Shown piece by piece: positions 60,928-64,000 of a stretch of 64,000 nt of DNA. This DNA comes from Lepidodermella squamata. Its lineage: Eukaryota; Animalia; Gastrotricha. Positions within the stretch are counted from its first letter, which is position 1. Each line of letters begins with the position of its first letter. The position numbers were made by a program, and so were the translations under genes. The DNA is taken from assembly GCA_047495785.1 (NCBI GenBank), contig JBLDXI010000055.1:1612001-1676000 (forward strand), given 5' to 3'. The notes beneath the pieces are model-generated. The model made no database searches and was not told the DNA's origin. It was given only the letters and a program-made list of their open reading frames with translations.

Positions 60928-63900
60928 ATGGCTCAGCCTTCTCCTCGATCTTTGCGCATAGCTGAGAAACTGACATTATTGAATGATCATGGAAATGTCT
61001 TGCTTGCGCGAATTTATCGAACTAAGAAGGAGCTGTCTGTGCCGGAGAATCGGCCTGAATTCTTCAAAGATAAAACCATGGAGTCGTTGCTAAAATCTAT
61101 CGCGAAAAAGTTTCCGGCGACTGAAGTTAAGCAACAGGTTGTTTATATCATACTCACCAACGTATTCCTTTTTACCATTTAATCAACTAATTATATTCAG
61201 AGCTCAGTGCTTGGTCAACGCAAGGGAGAAGTTTTGAAATATCTTCAACCATTCTATCTGCTTATGCACGACATTATGGAGTTTAAGGTAATGATTCTGC
61301 TAGTTTTGAATACATGTATATTTCATTTTGTTTTAGGACAGTGTCACGGAAATTTTGACGACATTTGACGTCCATCAGATTGTGCTAGATTTGGTTTGTT
61401 CATTCCTTATTTTCTGTGGGCTCATGTTAATATCAGTTTTAATAGAACGTCAATTTCGATTTAACGAAACACTATTTGAACCTGATTGTTACGCTATTCT
61501 CGATTCTTCATTTGGTTTCTAAAATCGACGATCGTAAGGCGTTACTGGGACTTTTCAATCTTGCGTATGATATGCAGCAAGGAGCTCCGTTAGTTTTGGA
61601 AAGACTGATAAATATAAGTGGTAATTAATTTAAAAAACAGGCAGCAGTCGTATATGCGTCTTGCGCAGCTTGTCATTGATTACGAAAATCCTCTCCGACG
61701 TCTTCACGAAGACTTTGTGCCACATGCTGGAACCGTGACACTAGCGATCAAGTCGTTAAACGAGCCCTTTCGCCGAAAATTAATAGCTTCAAAAGACATG
61801 GTCTCCCAACAGCTCATGTTCATTCTTTCGGAATCAAAGCGGCTTACCGATCCAGAGCCGGGCATTACCGTACGAGTTGTGAAGTTTGCGTTTATTAAAT
61901 GCTCAAATCGATGTTTTATATAGGCAAGATGCGATACGGTCCCCGTTGAAGTGATGGAAAAATGGATCGTTGTATGTTTAGCAATTTGTCACCAACAACT
62001 CCAATTAGCCGATACGGCTCCGGAACTTCAAGCTCTTTGGCAACTGGCTCTTACCACCAGTTTCGTATTACCAATTTATCGCGATGAAGTTATCCAAACG
62101 CACGCGATTCTCCAGGCTTACTTCGATCAATTCCGTGGTTATGGCAAGAGAGTATCAGAAATCAAAGATTGGTTTATAGAAGCTCTTAAAGATGCTCCTG
62201 TTTTGCATCGCGACCGACGTCGTTGCTTGAGACTAGTGCTAAAAGAAATGTTACTAGTACTAACGGACCAGCCTGGCCTGCTAGGACCGAAGAGTGGAAC
62301 TGTCATGACTGCGCTAAATTGCGCCAGCTACGAGGTTGAGTGGTTGGTGAGACACAGTGTCAACGCACCGAAATCTGCGCAAAAGCAGTTGTTTCAGGCA
62401 TCTACCGGCGAGGAGACGTTGCTGATGGACCGACAGCTTCCCGAACTTATCTATTACATGGAAGAACTGCGATGCCTCCTTCGCACTTATGCGCATTTAA
62501 TTCAGCGATACAGTGTCGCATTTTTATTGACTTACTACGGACCTGCTTGTGCGAATTTCGCGAAACCGCTGCAGGTGATATCGGACGATGATGTCGGTGA
62601 GATGACTGTTGGGCTCATCTCGACGATGCAGTCGATGAACGTGCAACAGATCGACGAGGGTAAAACGCCAGACTTGCGCCCATTCCGGCTCGACTGGTTC
62701 CGCATACAGGCTTCAACTGCCTCCGTACAGGCACCTGTTCAGCTGCGGAGTCCGAACGTATTGCCCGCGGCTCGATTTCTAAACGGCGCCTCGTTCTATT
62801 CAGAGTTGATTGACAACTTGGAGACAGCCATTCGCGACTCGTCGGACCTGTCGATTTACGGTGTTTATCCAGCTCAGTTGGAAGTTCAATTTTCGCAATG
62901 CCTCCAGAACTCCAACCAGCTGCGATATGCCATAACTTACGCCCAGGTCGCGGCCCATTTTACAAACCGCTGCCACGCGCAGTGCCCGGACGACATTGCT
63001 GAGCTAAGCGAGCTTGGTCTCCGTATTGCCACTACTTTATTAAGGCGGATAACCGAAGAGGCGATTAGGCTGATACAGGCTCTTATCGACGAGTTGTGTA
63101 CGCTAGACGACCAATGCCTGCCAAAAACAGCCGTACCTCGAGCTCTCATTGTTCTCGGTAGTAAGATCAAACAATCTAGCAAGTCTATCGCATCAGGCTC
63201 GGAAACAATAAAGACGCCAGGGAAGTCGGCGAATGGCAATGCGATGATGGACAACAAGTTGCCCGGGTGGGAAAGTTGCCGAAGAAATCGGACAGAAACT
63301 ACAAAGTAAATTTGAGTCGAATTGCGTCGAGTTTAACTAACTTATTTTCTTTGAATATACAGATTGGACCGGCTTCACTTTGCTGTATCTGACCTGTTGA
63401 GTTCACTGAGCCACTGCCCGATCATCTCTTTCTACCAACATAAGTTTGTGCCAGTCGAGTTCTTCCAAAGTGAACTTGAACTACAGCTTCATCGATGGCT
63501 CGTTCAGTTGACGATGTTCCGCAGCGAGCGCGACGGTATGGAAATCGCCAAGCCATCAGAGCTGCTGCACTGCCTCAAGTCGCTGATCACGACAGTCGTG
63601 AGCCTCGACGCCTACATCAACGTCGACATCGTCCGCATCCTACTCGCCATTTTGCCTTGCCAGTCACAGCTCGAAAACGGCAACGTGGGTGGCATGACCA
63701 TCACTTCTAACTACATCGAGTGGTACGTCGAAGCGTTTCTACGCCGAGTTCAGGCAGGCCAGCAAATTGTCTACTCGCCTCTTCGCCGCGCCTTTGTCGG
63801 CCTGTCAGGCGGCCCGGGTAGCGGAGGCGGTGGAAATGGTATGATTGGCGACCAGAGTGGTGGCGGTGGAGCGTTAACGCCAACATTCAGCGCTGACGAA

Positions 63901-64000
63901 TTCGCTGATTTCAACGAGTTGAGAGCCCTAGCTGACATTATCGGCCCAATGGGTGTCGCAGCGATGAGCGATCGCATCAATCAACACATCGCCAGTCATA
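60928..64000 (+). CDS. NCKAP1: Nck-associated protein 1 / Hem (WAVE regulatory complex), 3' end beyond the window
   Basis: IAEKLTLLNDHGNVLLARIYRTKK, NVNFDLTKHYLNLIV, RLAQLVIDYENPLRRLHEDFVPH, HRDRRRCLR...LTDQPGLLGPK, RPFRLDWFRIQA, PGWESCRRNR and ELRALADIIGPMG. Confidence 0.94.

Noticed and set aside
1-64000. CRISPR arrays, prokaryotic operons or defence systems, rRNA/tRNA genes, selenocysteine or readthrough signals
   Set aside because: The sequence is intron-containing eukaryotic DNA. I saw no repeat-spacer arrays, rRNA/tRNA motifs or in-frame UGA in conserved coding regions.

Overview
This is eukaryotic (animal-like) genomic DNA from a very compact genome, with mostly ~45-60 nt GT-AG introns. 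I reconstructed 19 protein-coding genes by hand, so exon borders are manual calls, and all identifications come from recognised protein motifs with no database search. In order: BAG6, MFI/C11orf65, HYPK, TMEM45, a small orphan membrane protein, TMEM232, RPS27, UGCG paralog 1, RMI1, SEC11, TIA1/TIAR, ALDH16, UGCG paralog 2, couch potato/RBPMS, an orphan coiled-coil gene, two tandem orphan Ig-like GPI-type surface proteins, WRAP73, DCTN6 and NCKAP1 (runs off the window end). Mobile DNA comprises an RTE-like LINE remnant, a young 5'-truncated CR1/L2-group LINE and three inverted-repeat non-autonomous elements. Most notable: (1) co-directional genes only 70-240 nt apart, with an AATAAA, a U-rich tract and a 3' splice acceptor just before the next ATG, and similar acceptors before most start codons, which is the signature expected of operons resolved by spliced-leader trans-splicing; (2) a diverged tandem pair of unrecognised Ig-domain surface proteins; (3) two divergent glucosylceramide synthase paralogs; (4) a candidate poison exon and non-AUG extension in couch potato; (5) an unusually long, structured RPS27 first intron.
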